Shown here: positions 10,538-19,411 of the stretch, in pieces
How positions within the stretch are numbered: the first letter of the stretch is position 1
How the letters are laid out: every line of letters begins with the position of its first letter
Source of the DNA: Shigella phage phi25-307
Strand: one strand, 5' to 3'
Length of the DNA: 64,000 nucleotides
Sequence record: MG589383
Notes under the pieces: generated by a model
The model's input: the letters and a program-made list of their open reading frames with translations, nothing else
Told to the model about the DNA's origin: nothing
Database searches by the model: none
Position numbers and translations under genes: made by a program

Positions 10538-12030
10538 TATAAACCTGTCTGGGACCACGGTCCAAATACGTCTTCAAACGAATCCGCTTCTGTTTTATCA
10601 AAACGGAACCCTTTAATAATTGGAAGGAAAATACCTACAGTACCTTCACGGCCTTTAGAATGAACCCAACCATTACATTCACAATCAGCGATACGTCCAA
10701 TTAATTTACCTTCACGAGCTTCGGTCATTAATCGTTCACGGTCTAAATCATGACGCTCGTCTAAAGGAATAAGAACCTTTACACCGTCAACTGTTTTATG
10801 AGTTGTATCTTTAAACCCTGAACCACAATCGGTTGTAATACGACGACAACGTGATACGAGTTCGACACCACCTAATTTGTTAGGGTCTTTAGAGTGTTCA
10901 TAGTATCCTACAACTTCTAAAGCGATATCAATAACTTCTTTAAATTTAATTAGGTTCTTAGAGCGTTTGTTTTCCCAATATGAATCACGGTTTTTAAGGA
11001 TAATACCTTCAAGACCTTGGTCAACATATTTTTTATAAACTACTTTAGCTTCGTCAAGATTACGAACTAACTGATTTTCAATTGGTTCAATTCGCTTAAA
11101 GCCTTCAGCCATATTTTCAAGAGCAGCAAAACGAACATCGTATTTCTGACCTTTAATTTTGCCGTCAGAATAGACTTCATCTAAAGGAACATAGTCCCAG
11201 GCTTGAAGAACCATACCTTCCGCTTCTTTAGGAGAAATAGTCCCTTGAAGAGATTTATTTGCTAAACCATTTGAAGTGCTACGGTCTGCAACTTGTACTT
11301 CTTCGGATTCTTCATTATCACCAAATAAGAACGACAGGTCATTTCCTGAGCTCACAGCCTTTTTAATATCGAATGAATGATAAACTAATTCACCGTCGAT
11401 TAAAACCCCATTAGGGTGTCTTTCACGAGCTTCTTTAGTCATTTCCATTAGTTCATCCGCTAATAGAGTAAGACCATGGTATTCGTTACCAGCACGAGAA
11501 AAGAATTGAACACCATCATCGCGAACTTCAGCGAAACAACGAGCACCATCTGCTTTTAATTGGGCAAATGCGGGCCATTTAATATTTTTAGTAATCAATT
11601 TCTCATCATATGCAGATGCTAACATCTGTGGTTGCAATTGAATAAGTCCAGGCCACACCTTATTCGCGATAGACACTGAAGCACCTACTTCAAGGTCGCG
11701 CATCATTACACGACGAAGGACTTCTACATCATCAGGTTTACCATCAGCGATATAACCCATGAGCTCTTTAATTGCAGCATTACCGGTGAGTTTACGAGTG
11801 GCTAATGTGAACTCAATAAAATCCAACATGTCATCTAATTCAAGAAGACCATATGCTTGAGACCTTTCACCCGGTCCTGGCCATTTCTTAATATAATACT
11901 GGATACCACGTGCATATGTTAAACGATACACACGTTCAAGTAATTTGTTGTCCTTATTTTTCTTAAGGATTTCTTGTTTTGTTTTAGTAGAACCGATCGC
12001 AGCTATTTGGTTTAAAATATCTAAAATCAT
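10537..12030 (-). CDS. 30: ATP-dependent DNA ligase gp30 (497 aa)
   Basis: Collinear with T4 DNA ligase (MIL.ILN.IA.IGSTK.KQ, FAQLKADGARCFAEV, GVLIDGELV, ECECNGW). Confidence 0.94.
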   Translation of the reverse strand: MILDILNQIAAIGSTKTKQEILKKNKDNKLLERVYRLTYARGIQYYIKKWPGPGERSQAYGLLELDDMLDFIEFTLATRKLTGNAAIKELMGYIADGKPDDVEVLRRVMMRDLEVGASVSIANKVWPGLIQLQPQMLASAYDEKLITKNIKWPAFAQLKADGARCFAEVRDDGVQFFSRAGNEYHGLTLLADELMEMTKEARERHPNGVLIDGELVYHSFDIKKAVSSGNDLSFLFGDNEESEEVQVADRSTSNGLANKSLQGTISPKEAEGMVLQAWDYVPLDEVYSDGKIKGQKYDVRFAALENMAEGFKRIEPIENQLVRNLDEAKVVYKKYVDQGLEGIILKNRDSYWENKRSKNLIKFKEVIDIALEVVGYYEHSKDPNKLGGVELVSRCRRITTDCGSGFKDTTHKTVDGVKVLIPLDERHDLDRERLMTEAREGKLIGRIADCECNGWVHSKGREGTVGIFLPIIKGFRFDKTEADSFEDVFGPWSQTGL

Positions 12031-12296
12031 TTGATGTCCTCGATTTTGGTTACGGTTCTATTATAAGCCACTTCATCTAGAAGCGATTTCAGCGTTTTCT
12101 GATAAGTGGTAATCCATTTACCGAGACCTTCAACATAATATTCTGAAATGTAGATGAACCCTTGTTCAACACACTCTTTAAATATTTCTGCGTCTTTTAC
12201 TGAACGAAACATTGGCCAGTCTCGAAAGAACATGTTAACGTGACCGTAGTCACGCGTTGTGTTTTTGCCATCTGTAATATCATGAACTACAAACAT
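12027..12296 (-). CDS. hypothetical protein (89 aa)
   Basis: ORF in 30.x early block, 4-nt overlap with ligase start. Confidence 0.5.
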   Translation of the reverse strand: MFVVHDITDGKNTTRDYGHVNMFFRDWPMFRSVKDAEIFKECVEQGFIYISEYYVEGLGKWITTYQKTLKSLLDEVAYNRTVTKIEDIK

Positions 12297-12305
12297 AATT
12301 AACCC

Positions 12306-13130
12306 TTAACAATTTGTAGACCAAGTCCATTTGGACGAATCTAAAGGAAAGTTTTGAATCGTCCACCATGGCTGCATATCGGTTGGTCCTGGGGTTCGCC
12401 AGGTATATGGAGTACGTGTTGTCGAGGGGCCACCAATTTGATTAGGCCATGCACCTGGACTTGTTGTACCAGATTCTTTAAGCAAATCCGCCAATCGTTT
12501 TAAAAGGTCTTCACGATCTGAATCTGAATTATGCTCGGGTGGAACCAAACGAGATTCAATATCATCCCACGTGTGTACACGTTGTGCAGTACGAGGAATG
12601 GCATCACGTTCACCACGAGCCAACCAATAAATCGGTACATTAAGAATTTCTGCTGCATGGTCACAATGATGAGCTAAATCGTCAACGTAACAAATCACGT
12701 TATATTTTGTTTTAGCTAGTTCGAATAATTGTTCCTTTGAAGAATCATGACCACACATCATTACTTCAGAGAAAGCGCCTGGGAACAAAGCATTCAAATT
12801 AAATTGTCTATTCAATCGAGCATCAATTGAATCACCTAGCGCCGTCACGGCTACAAAATTATAGTCTTCTTTTAGTTTATTGATAACTCGAAGAGCATCC
12901 GAATAAGGCGCTAAGTAACGAATAAAATCAGAGCTATTATATTTTTCTATTAATTGTTTACCAAGGTTATCGTCGGTATTGAACAGTTTACCAGGAGAAA
13001 TAAATTTTTCGTCCTGAATCATTTTTAAAATATGTTCTAATGGAAGATTATATTTTTGGGCAAAATAAGGAAGTCCAGATTGCCAGCTTAAACATACACC
13101 ATCAATATCAGTCAAAATAGTAGGTTTCAT
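12306..13130 (-). CDS. HAD-superfamily hydrolase-like protein (274 aa)
   Basis: N-terminal ILTDIDGV motif (HAD motif I, DxDG[TV]); Trp/Pro-rich C-terminal tail of uncertain authenticity. Confidence 0.55.
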   Translation of the reverse strand: MKPTILTDIDGVCLSWQSGLPYFAQKYNLPLEHILKMIQDEKFISPGKLFNTDDNLGKQLIEKYNSSDFIRYLAPYSDALRVINKLKEDYNFVAVTALGDSIDARLNRQFNLNALFPGAFSEVMMCGHDSSKEQLFELAKTKYNVICYVDDLAHHCDHAAEILNVPIYWLARGERDAIPRTAQRVHTWDDIESRLVPPEHNSDSDREDLLKRLADLLKESGTTSPGAWPNQIGGPSTTRTPYTWRTPGPTDMQPWWTIQNFPLDSSKWTWSTNC

Positions 13131-13594
13131 AAAGAGTCTCTTAATAGGTTTAACACATCAATAAATTCAGCTTCGGTTAGTATTGTATCATCTTTTGTTA
13201 GACCGCTAGCCATGCTGTGCTTCAAAATTTTTCCTTTAGAGGCTTGTAAGGCATCACGAAACCCCTTGTTTTGGATCGCGGCTTCAAAATATGCATTTGT
13301 GTATAATTCTTTCCACGCTTCGGAGTATCTTGAAAATGGAACTCCTAACCAGAAGAGAGTTCCACGGTCCTGAGCTCTTGCATAAGACCTTCCAGCTTGC
13401 TGTGCAGCCAATCCAGACATCCCAAATATGCGTCTTTGTTGTTCAACATTTTTCACCTTACATCCTTGGAGAAATCCTTCAAGTCCTCCGAATTGAATAC
13501 CATCCATAACGAAAGGCCATTGAGCAAAGTTACTTAATGCACATGACGGCCATTTGAAATTGCTTCTTATTTCTAATTCAGACATCTTTAACAC
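13127..13594 (-). CDS. NADAR / YbiA-like domain protein (155 aa)
   Basis: LSNFAQWPFVMDGIQF resembles the YbiA/NADAR core motif (FSNFAAWP..DG); call from memory, not searched. Confidence 0.5.
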   Translation of the reverse strand: MLKMSELEIRSNFKWPSCALSNFAQWPFVMDGIQFGGLEGFLQGCKVKNVEQQRRIFGMSGLAAQQAGRSYARAQDRGTLFWLGVPFSRYSEAWKELYTNAYFEAAIQNKGFRDALQASKGKILKHSMASGLTKDDTILTEAEFIDVLNLLRDSL

Positions 13595-13796
13595 TTATAA
13601 TTTCAACATCAGCCCAATGGCCATATCCAGGTATACGGTCTTCGATAGATAAATTTCCGTCATTTTTAGGCATTTTAATTGACGTAACGTATGGTTCTAA
13701 ACGGTTTTCTGCATAATACGGAAAAACGTCTGTTACACGATAAGTAACTTCGATCATTTCCGTACCAAACAATTTCTGGATTAATTTATTCAACAT
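13578..13796 (-). CDS. hypothetical protein (72 aa)
   Basis: ORF in operon-like arrangement with overlapping starts/stops. Confidence 0.45.
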   Translation of the reverse strand: MLNKLIQKLFGTEMIEVTYRVTDVFPYYAENRLEPYVTSIKMPKNDGNLSIEDRIPGYGHWADVEIISVKDV

Positions 13797-13983
13797 GTTT
13801 CAACCCTTTAATAGGAGATAACTCTTTACCCATACGTATGTCAGAAGTCCAATCAACCCATTGAACAGCATACGCTTCATTGATAATTCCAGCGCCGGTT
13901 TTAAATTCAGGGAGAACTTTAAAAATCACCCCAGGAATTCCAACACCTTTTAATTGAACTGTTTGTGCTATTAAAAATTTCAT
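13786..13983 (-). CDS. hypothetical protein (65 aa)
   Basis: ORF preceded by early promoter at about 13995-14036. Confidence 0.45.
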   Translation of the reverse strand: MKFLIAQTVQLKGVGIPGVIFKVLPEFKTGAGIINEAYAVQWVDWTSDIRMGKELSPIKGLKHVE

Positions 13984-14037
13984 ATTTTTCCACTTACTAA
14001 AGAAATCATTATACTCTAATCCGTCCTTGGATGTAAA

Positions 14038-14652
14038 CTACTTAACGAAATTAATTTCTACTGGATGAACAACAGGTTGAGCAGTGATATATTGAGTAAT
14101 TGCTTTCATGACTAGAGCTTCAGAACCAGGATTTTTCTCAACGAATTCACGTGCTTGGTTATGAGCTTCAAGTTCACTTAGTAAACCACTTCGTTGGCAT
14201 CCACGGTCTTGAGTACCCTGTTCAGATAAAAAGACGACGATGTATTTTTCATCGTCATACGGTTTAGACGGTTGAGCAAATGTTCCTTTACTTCCAAAAG
14301 GAGAGTTATGACGCCACATCACGCCGTGAGGAGTTTCAACCTTCATATATTCGTGCGGGCCATTTTTCTTAGTTTCTTGATGTGGAACTTCGTGGACCTT
14401 AGGGTTAGGACATTCAATAAAATGCTCATCTAAATCGGTCGAGAATATTAAAGTAAAACAATTACTGAATTTACCAACACCTGCCTGATAAATTTTACCT
14501 TCAGAAGTTCTAATTTCACAAACCGAGCCGGCATCAGTAACTTCTAAAACTTCAAAAGGCTCGATAAGGTCATATGAGAACATGTTTTTAAGGCGTGGAG
14601 TAATATCCCCATTTTTAAAATTCATTTTATAAAAAGTATTAACTTTAAACAT
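14038..14652 (-). CDS. hypothetical protein (204 aa)
   Basis: Long ORF, SD GAGGAAATT upstream of ATG; no recognisable domain. Confidence 0.55.
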   Translation of the reverse strand: MFKVNTFYKMNFKNGDITPRLKNMFSYDLIEPFEVLEVTDAGSVCEIRTSEGKIYQAGVGKFSNCFTLIFSTDLDEHFIECPNPKVHEVPHQETKKNGPHEYMKVETPHGVMWRHNSPFGSKGTFAQPSKPYDDEKYIVVFLSEQGTQDRGCQRSGLLSELEAHNQAREFVEKNPGSEALVMKAITQYITAQPVVHPVEINFVK

Positions 14653-14687
14653 AATTTCCTCAGTGGGAGCCGAAGCTCCCAGTTAAA

Positions 14688-15053
14688 TTAGATATCGAAT
14701 TCGTTAAGAACTACATCAAAGATTGCTTCGAGATGTTCAGGTTTAGCTCGGTTACTCAGGATATGACGAATCCAAGTTTTAACCAGAAGTTTACGATTAT
14801 CACCGTTCCAGCAAGGATGAGTACCTAAATCACGTTGACGGAAATCGTCATCTAATGCAATTTTGAAGTTGGAACCTTCCATCGTGATTGAAACCGTGAT
14901 GCCATTTTCAAATCGCATATAAACGTAATTAGGAGTCATATACTGCTCAATTTCACATACTGAACCGTTATTATGTTTCCATAAGCAAATCGTATCAATA
15001 GAACCAGCAATACCGTTAGAAACATATTTACGTTCGAAGTTGATGTAGTTCAT
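14688..15053 (-). CDS. hypothetical protein (121 aa)
   Basis: ORF with early promoter (15092-15124) and SD GGAGAATAAA upstream. Confidence 0.5.
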   Translation of the reverse strand: MNYINFERKYVSNGIAGSIDTICLWKHNNGSVCEIEQYMTPNYVYMRFENGITVSITMEGSNFKIALDDDFRQRDLGTHPCWNGDNRKLLVKTWIRHILSNRAKPEHLEAIFDVVLNEFDI

Positions 15054-15091
15054 TTATTCTCCAGATGTTTAAGTTGTTTGTTGGTACAGGT

Positions 15092-15124
15092 CTATAATAA
15101 CAAAACCTGTACCAAAGTAAACAT
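15092..15124 (-). promoter_or_regulatory. T4-type early promoter with inverted repeat GGTACAGGT/ACCTGTACC flanking -10
   Basis: Minus-strand GTTTAC..17 nt..TATTAT; palindrome 15085-15112. Confidence 0.5.
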
Positions 15125-15126
15125 TT

Positions 15127-15498
15127 TTATTTGATTTTTGTCCACTTAGCTGAATCAATAACACCTTTTGCTTTAATCTTCTCGATTAATGACTCTGCAC
15201 GATTTCTAGCATTTTCGTACCATACAACATCTTCAGAGTAACCAGTCTCTTCATCTTCGTAAGTTTTAGAACGAATACAACCATAAACTGTAGAATTCAG
15301 ACGGTAAATTTCACCAGTGAAAAAGTTTTCGATTTCGATATGATAACAAAAATCGTCTGAAGGGCCATCAGGAGTTGTACAATAAACTACATCACCTTGA
15401 ACCGAACGAACCATCCACTGTAACTCGTTAACAACTTGAGATTTATATCCATCATGGTCACGGCATTTAATTGTAGCATTTAAATTGATAGTGTTCAT
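15127..15498 (-). CDS. hypothetical protein (123 aa)
   Basis: ORF with early promoter (15538-15570) and SD GGAGAATAAAA upstream. Confidence 0.5.
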   Translation of the reverse strand: MNTINLNATIKCRDHDGYKSQVVNELQWMVRSVQGDVVYCTTPDGPSDDFCYHIEIENFFTGEIYRLNSTVYGCIRSKTYEDEETGYSEDVVWYENARNRAESLIEKIKAKGVIDSAKWTKIK

Positions 15499-15537
15499 TT
15501 TATTCTCCGGTTGTTTTATTGATTAGGTGGTACAAGT

Positions 15538-15570
15538 CTATAGTAACACATCCTACAGGAGAGTAAACAT
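15538..15570 (-). promoter_or_regulatory. T4-type early promoter (-35 GTTTAC / -10 TACTAT)
   Basis: 17-nt spacer; upstream of ORF 15127-15498. Confidence 0.5.
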
Positions 15571-15600
15571 CTTTTTTAAACTTTTTCTGCCCTAAACGCA

Positions 15601-15623
15601 CAAAAGGGAGACCGAAGTCTCCC
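15601..15623 (-). terminator. rho-independent terminator (GGGAGAC-UUCG-GUCUCCC, U-tract)
   Basis: Minus-strand hairpin followed by TTTTG; after ORF 15629-15808. Confidence 0.55.
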
Positions 15624-15628
15624 TAAAA

Positions 15629-15808
15629 TTATGCAACAACCTTTCCAAAACGAGAAGCATCATCTCGAAGAACTGCACGTGCTCTGCGCATGATCTTCTC
15701 AACGGTTTGATTAATACGAGAGTTCGACCCACGCTTGTATCCAGCGCGTTTAGAGGTACCATCAACTTTCTTTTCAACTGCTTTCTTTGCTTTAGCTTGT
15801 TTTGCCAT
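15629..15808 (-). CDS. small lysine/arginine-rich protein (59 aa; not in ORF track)
   Basis: Hand-translated MAKQAKAKKAVEKKVDGTSKRAGYKRGSNSRINQTVEKIMRRARAVLRDDASRFGKVVA; followed by UUCG hairpin terminator 15606-15623. Confidence 0.4.
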   Translation of the reverse strand: MAKQAKAKKAVEKKVDGTSKRAGYKRGSNSRINQTVEKIMRRARAVLRDDASRFGKVVA

Positions 15809-16075
15809 TATAAATTCTCTTTAAATGAAAATGCAGGACTTATTGTCATTGCCTGCTCAAGCCCTCAAGGGGAATATAGGTTTTGGATATTTAACGACAG
15901 GATAACCATAAACCCGTCATCATACCGACCACGACTTAGACAGATAACCTTTTTCTGACGCGTGATAGTACAAAATACATTCAAGAGGTACACCGTAAAA
16001 TTGTCGGGGCGGTACTTCAAAACATACCGATTCGCAAATCGATAATCAGACAATTCGACGGCTCCTCGATTTAAC

Positions 16076-16324
16076 TTACTTCAGGGTAATAACAAAATGA
16101 CGAACTGCTTTACGTGCTGCAGAAGCCAGAGGCTTAGCATATTTCAATTCATCTTTCTGGACCAGGATATCGCGAAGATCGGCTTGTGCTGGATTCAGAT
16201 GTTTGAAATACTGTAAGATTTCAAGAGCTTCAGCTTCAACATCAATAGATGCGCCGTAATTGTCATGGCCATTATTCCATGCATGGCGTTGCAGTTCAAG
16301 AGCGTGTTGTAATTGTTTAGTCAT
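16076..16324 (-). CDS. rIII: lysis-inhibition accessory protein rIII (82 aa)
   Basis: Size and position immediately upstream of gene 31 as in T4; sequence recall of T4 rIII is approximate. Confidence 0.7.
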   Translation of the reverse strand: MTKQLQHALELQRHAWNNGHDNYGASIDVEAEALEILQYFKHLNPAQADLRDILVQKDELKYAKPLASAARKAVRHFVITLK

Positions 16325-16448
16325 TTTAAATTCTCAATTCGAGATAATATTTAGTAGCCACGTTCTTCTGAATTTCACCTTCTTTCGACAAGTCTCTCAG
16401 TTGTAGGCTACCGCTTAGAAGAATGTTCTCTTCATATAGTTATTTATA

Positions 16449-16781
16449 TCACTTATAAAGACACGGAATAGCTTTATAGTGGCATGTTACGAATTTCTGT
16501 TTAATTTCTTTAGGTTGTTTAAGTCCCAAAGCCACAAATGGATGCGGAACGTTTCGAATTTGACCAACTGGCAGAGAAGTCAAATCACCAACTTCAACAA
16601 AACCTTCAGGAACATCAGGACCTACAGAATGAACTACACATAGTTCAGGAACTTCACCTTGAACACGTTTACCAATCACAAGTCCTGATTCGGTAACTTC
16701 TTCATCACCTGCTTGAGCGGGTTCAGAAACCAGAATGACATATTCACCAACAGCACGAATTGGGAGTTGTACTTCAGACAT
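16449..16781 (-). CDS. 31: co-chaperonin gp31 (GroES analogue, 110 aa)
   Basis: Near-identical to T4 gp31 ([41 protein letters not shown]). Confidence 0.93.
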   Translation of the reverse strand: MSEVQLPIRAVGEYVILVSEPAQAGDEEVTESGLVIGKRVQGEVPELCVVHSVGPDVPEGFVEVGDLTSLPVGQIRNVPHPFVALGLKQPKEIKQKFVTCHYKAIPCLYK

Positions 16782-16810
16782 CTTATTTCCTTGTTGTTTG
16801 ACGATAGATT

Positions 16811-16838
16811 AATAATACTATACTATTCGTAAAGCATA
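16811..16838 (-). promoter_or_regulatory. candidate MotA-dependent middle promoter for gene 31 (MotA box ATGCTTTA, 12 nt, TATTAT)
   Basis: Minus-strand ATATGCTTTACGAATAGTATAGTATTATT about 30 nt upstream of ATG 16781. Confidence 0.35.
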
Positions 16839-17135
16839 TTACATAAGAAGCAAACGTTCCACCGGAGTACCATCAACCGAAATTACTTTATCAAGGCGGA
16901 AAGAACGCCACTGACCTAACTTGGTGTCGAATGCTCGAACTGATTCACGAGGTTCATAACGAACTTCTGTTGCCGGATTGTTATTTTCGTATTTGACTTC
17001 AAGTTCATCACGGGAGGCAAACATCGTACGAACATCACCGTTAGCCTTTTCAAATACAACACAATGAACGCCTACAGACAGAATAGTTTTAATACGTTCA
17101 CGAAGAACCATAGTTTCTTGTTCAGTTAAAATCAT
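16839..17135 (-). CDS. hypothetical protein (98 aa)
   Basis: ORF between cd and 31. Confidence 0.5.
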   Translation of the reverse strand: MILTEQETMVLRERIKTILSVGVHCVVFEKANGDVRTMFASRDELEVKYENNNPATEVRYEPRESVRAFDTKLGQWRSFRLDKVISVDGTPVERLLLM

Positions 17136-17137
17136 AA

Positions 17138-17719
17138 TTATTCACCACAAAAGTTTCGGATTTGTTCCCAATTCAGAGAACGAAGATTATTACGAGAGTA
17201 CTGAATTACTTCAATACCGGCTTGTTTTAGAATGTCTGCCCAATTTTCAGGAGATCTGTCATATAATTCTGCGTATACAACCTTTTTAATACCTGACTGC
17301 GTAATAGCTTTAGTGCAATCAGGACATGGAGAAAGTGTCGTATACAACGTAGCACCTTCAATAGAATTACCTTTACGAGCTGCAAACAAAATGGCATTCA
17401 ATTCAGCATGGATTTCGTTATTAGCAGACCATGCACTATGAGCGGCCCGATGTTCTTTAGCCAAAACAAAATTATCCACCCGTCCAAATGCTGTAGTGCC
17501 TTCTTTATGTCCGGCAACGATGACCGGGCTTGGTTTATTCTTCAACCAACCGTTTTCGGATGCATGTTCACAACAGTTAACGCCACCTGCTGGTGAGCCA
17601 TTATATCCAGTAGAGATAATGCGTCCATCTTTTTCAATGACGGCACCAACTTTCCATGAACAACATTTTGATTCTTGAGAAATCAGATATGCAATCTGAA
17701 GGTATGTGCTAGCTTTCAT
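17138..17719 (-). CDS. cd: dCMP deaminase (193 aa)
   Basis: Cytidine/dCMP deaminase zinc motifs HAELNA and PCPDC; size equals T4 Cd. Confidence 0.9.
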   Translation of the reverse strand: MKASTYLQIAYLISQESKCCSWKVGAVIEKDGRIISTGYNGSPAGGVNCCEHASENGWLKNKPSPVIVAGHKEGTTAFGRVDNFVLAKEHRAAHSAWSANNEIHAELNAILFAARKGNSIEGATLYTTLSPCPDCTKAITQSGIKKVVYAELYDRSPENWADILKQAGIEVIQYSRNNLRSLNWEQIRNFCGE

Positions 17720-18711
17720 TATTGAACCTTATTAATATAAGTTAACAGCTCTTTAGTTTGTTCCCAACCGATGCACGCATCGGTAACGGAAACGCCATAG
17801 GACATATTATCAGAAATTTTTTGATTTCCTTCATGTAGGAATGATTCTATCATAATTCCTTTGACCAAATCATTAGCTGCTAAATTTTTACCAATACCAA
17901 TTTGATTGCTATAATACCCATCAGCGTTTGCGTGGCTACAGTCAACCATTACATAATGATTCAGACCTAATGCACTTGCTTTGTTAGAAGCTTCTTGAAT
18001 ATCAGAAGAATGATAGTTCGGGCCGTTAGTCCCGCCACGCAATACGATATGCGTATTCTGATTACCTTCAGCTTCAACAATGCCTACAGTACCATCGACG
18101 TCCATACCCATATACCGATGAGGCCAGGCGGCACTATACATCGCGTCTGTAGCTACTTTAATAGAACCATTGGTTGCGTTCTTGAAGCCTACGCACATCG
18201 GTAGACCTGAAGCAATTTCACGATGTGTCTGACTTTCAGTCGTACGGGCGCCAATAGCAACCCATGAGAAAATACCAGAAAGATACTTAATCGTGAATGG
18301 GTCTAATACTTCAGTTGCTAATGGAAGTCCCATACGTAGAAGTTTACGACACAATGTTCGTGCAACTATAAGACCGTGGTTCATATCAAAACTTCCGTCA
18401 AGATATGGATCATTTACAAGACCTTTCCAACCTACGGTAGTTCGAGGCTTTTCAAAATAAACGCGCATCACTAACAGAACATTAGGAAGACGAGTTTGAA
18501 GTTCAGCCAGACGTTTGCCGTATTCAACAGCAGCAATAGGGTCATGAATTGAACAAGGACCTACAACAATAAGTTTGCGTGGGTCTTCACCGTTCATAAT
18601 CGAATTAACTTGTTCGCGATGAGAAGCCACTTGTGATGCGTAAGCTTCCGACAAAGGAATAATCTCAGCCAGTTCTTTTGGAGAAATAAGTTTTCTGACG
18701 ATAGGTAACAT
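17719..18711 (-). CDS. 3-deoxy-D-arabino-heptulosonate-7-phosphate (DAHP) synthase, class I-alpha AroG-like (330 aa)
   Basis: Motifs shared with E. coli AroG along the whole length: GPCSIHDP, VMRVYFEKPRTTVGWKGL.NDP, GARTTESQ.HRE.ASGL, VGFKN.T.G.IKVA.DA, LRGG, D.SHAN, ESFL.EGNQ, TDACIGWE. Confidence 0.85.
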   Translation of the reverse strand: MLPIVRKLISPKELAEIIPLSEAYASQVASHREQVNSIMNGEDPRKLIVVGPCSIHDPIAAVEYGKRLAELQTRLPNVLLVMRVYFEKPRTTVGWKGLVNDPYLDGSFDMNHGLIVARTLCRKLLRMGLPLATEVLDPFTIKYLSGIFSWVAIGARTTESQTHREIASGLPMCVGFKNATNGSIKVATDAMYSAAWPHRYMGMDVDGTVGIVEAEGNQNTHIVLRGGTNGPNYHSSDIQEASNKASALGLNHYVMVDCSHANADGYYSNQIGIGKNLAANDLVKGIMIESFLHEGNQKISDNMSYGVSVTDACIGWEQTKELLTYINKVQ

Positions 18712-18831
18712 AACAATCCTTAGGAGATATAAACAGATTCTGATTCAACAATACCTTTAACCGGATTAGACAGGCTAAGTTGGTAGTGCTCAGATTTATG
18801 ACCATTCTCGATAGTAATGAGATAGCTCTCA

Positions 18832-19068
18832 TTATAGTGTTCCATATACTCGAGTTGCTTCAACAAGACCATCACTGCCTAATTTAAGATTAGTAATTTG
18901 GTCACCATCTTTAGGATTAACGATTATGAGAAAAGAACGTGGAGATTCTTTAATAACTCGTAATGTTGCATCTTGGAAACGTTCAGACACTTTATTGATG
19001 AGTGCTTGAGCAAATTCTTTTACTTTAATCTGAAATTCGTGTACTGTAATTGGGTTTTCACTTAGCAT
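18832..19068 (-). CDS. hypothetical protein (78 aa)
   Basis: ORF with early promoter at about 19095-19125. Confidence 0.45.
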   Translation of the reverse strand: MLSENPITVHEFQIKVKEFAQALINKVSERFQDATLRVIKESPRSFLIIVNPKDGDQITNLKLGSDGLVEATRVYGTL

Positions 19069-19128
19069 TTCTATTTCCTCATTTGTTGGTAGAGTTATAG
19101 TATCACAACTCCACCATGTTGTAAACCA

Positions 19129-19404
19129 TTAAATTGCTTTGCATTCAATTTTTTGTGTACCGAAATTGATATCACATTGGATAACTAAATCGCCGTCAAG
19201 ATCAAATACCACTATGACGTGTGCAGACCCAGGGAGAAGAGTAATAGCAATAGAATCTACTTGGTCTGGGAGCAAAGCATTGAGTACATGAGTTAGTTGA
19301 GCATGAACTCTGAGTTCGGCTGCATTATCAAGCACTTCAAACATATTATTAGCAATAATCTGACTGAAGACTACCTTTACAATTTCAGAATAAGTTGGGA
19401 ACAT
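19129..19404 (-). CDS. hypothetical protein (91 aa)
   Basis: ORF in cd-pseT intergenic block. Confidence 0.45.
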   Translation of the reverse strand: MFPTYSEIVKVVFSQIIANNMFEVLDNAAELRVHAQLTHVLNALLPDQVDSIAITLLPGSAHVIVVFDLDGDLVIQCDINFGTQKIECKAI

Positions 19405-19411
19405 AATTACC

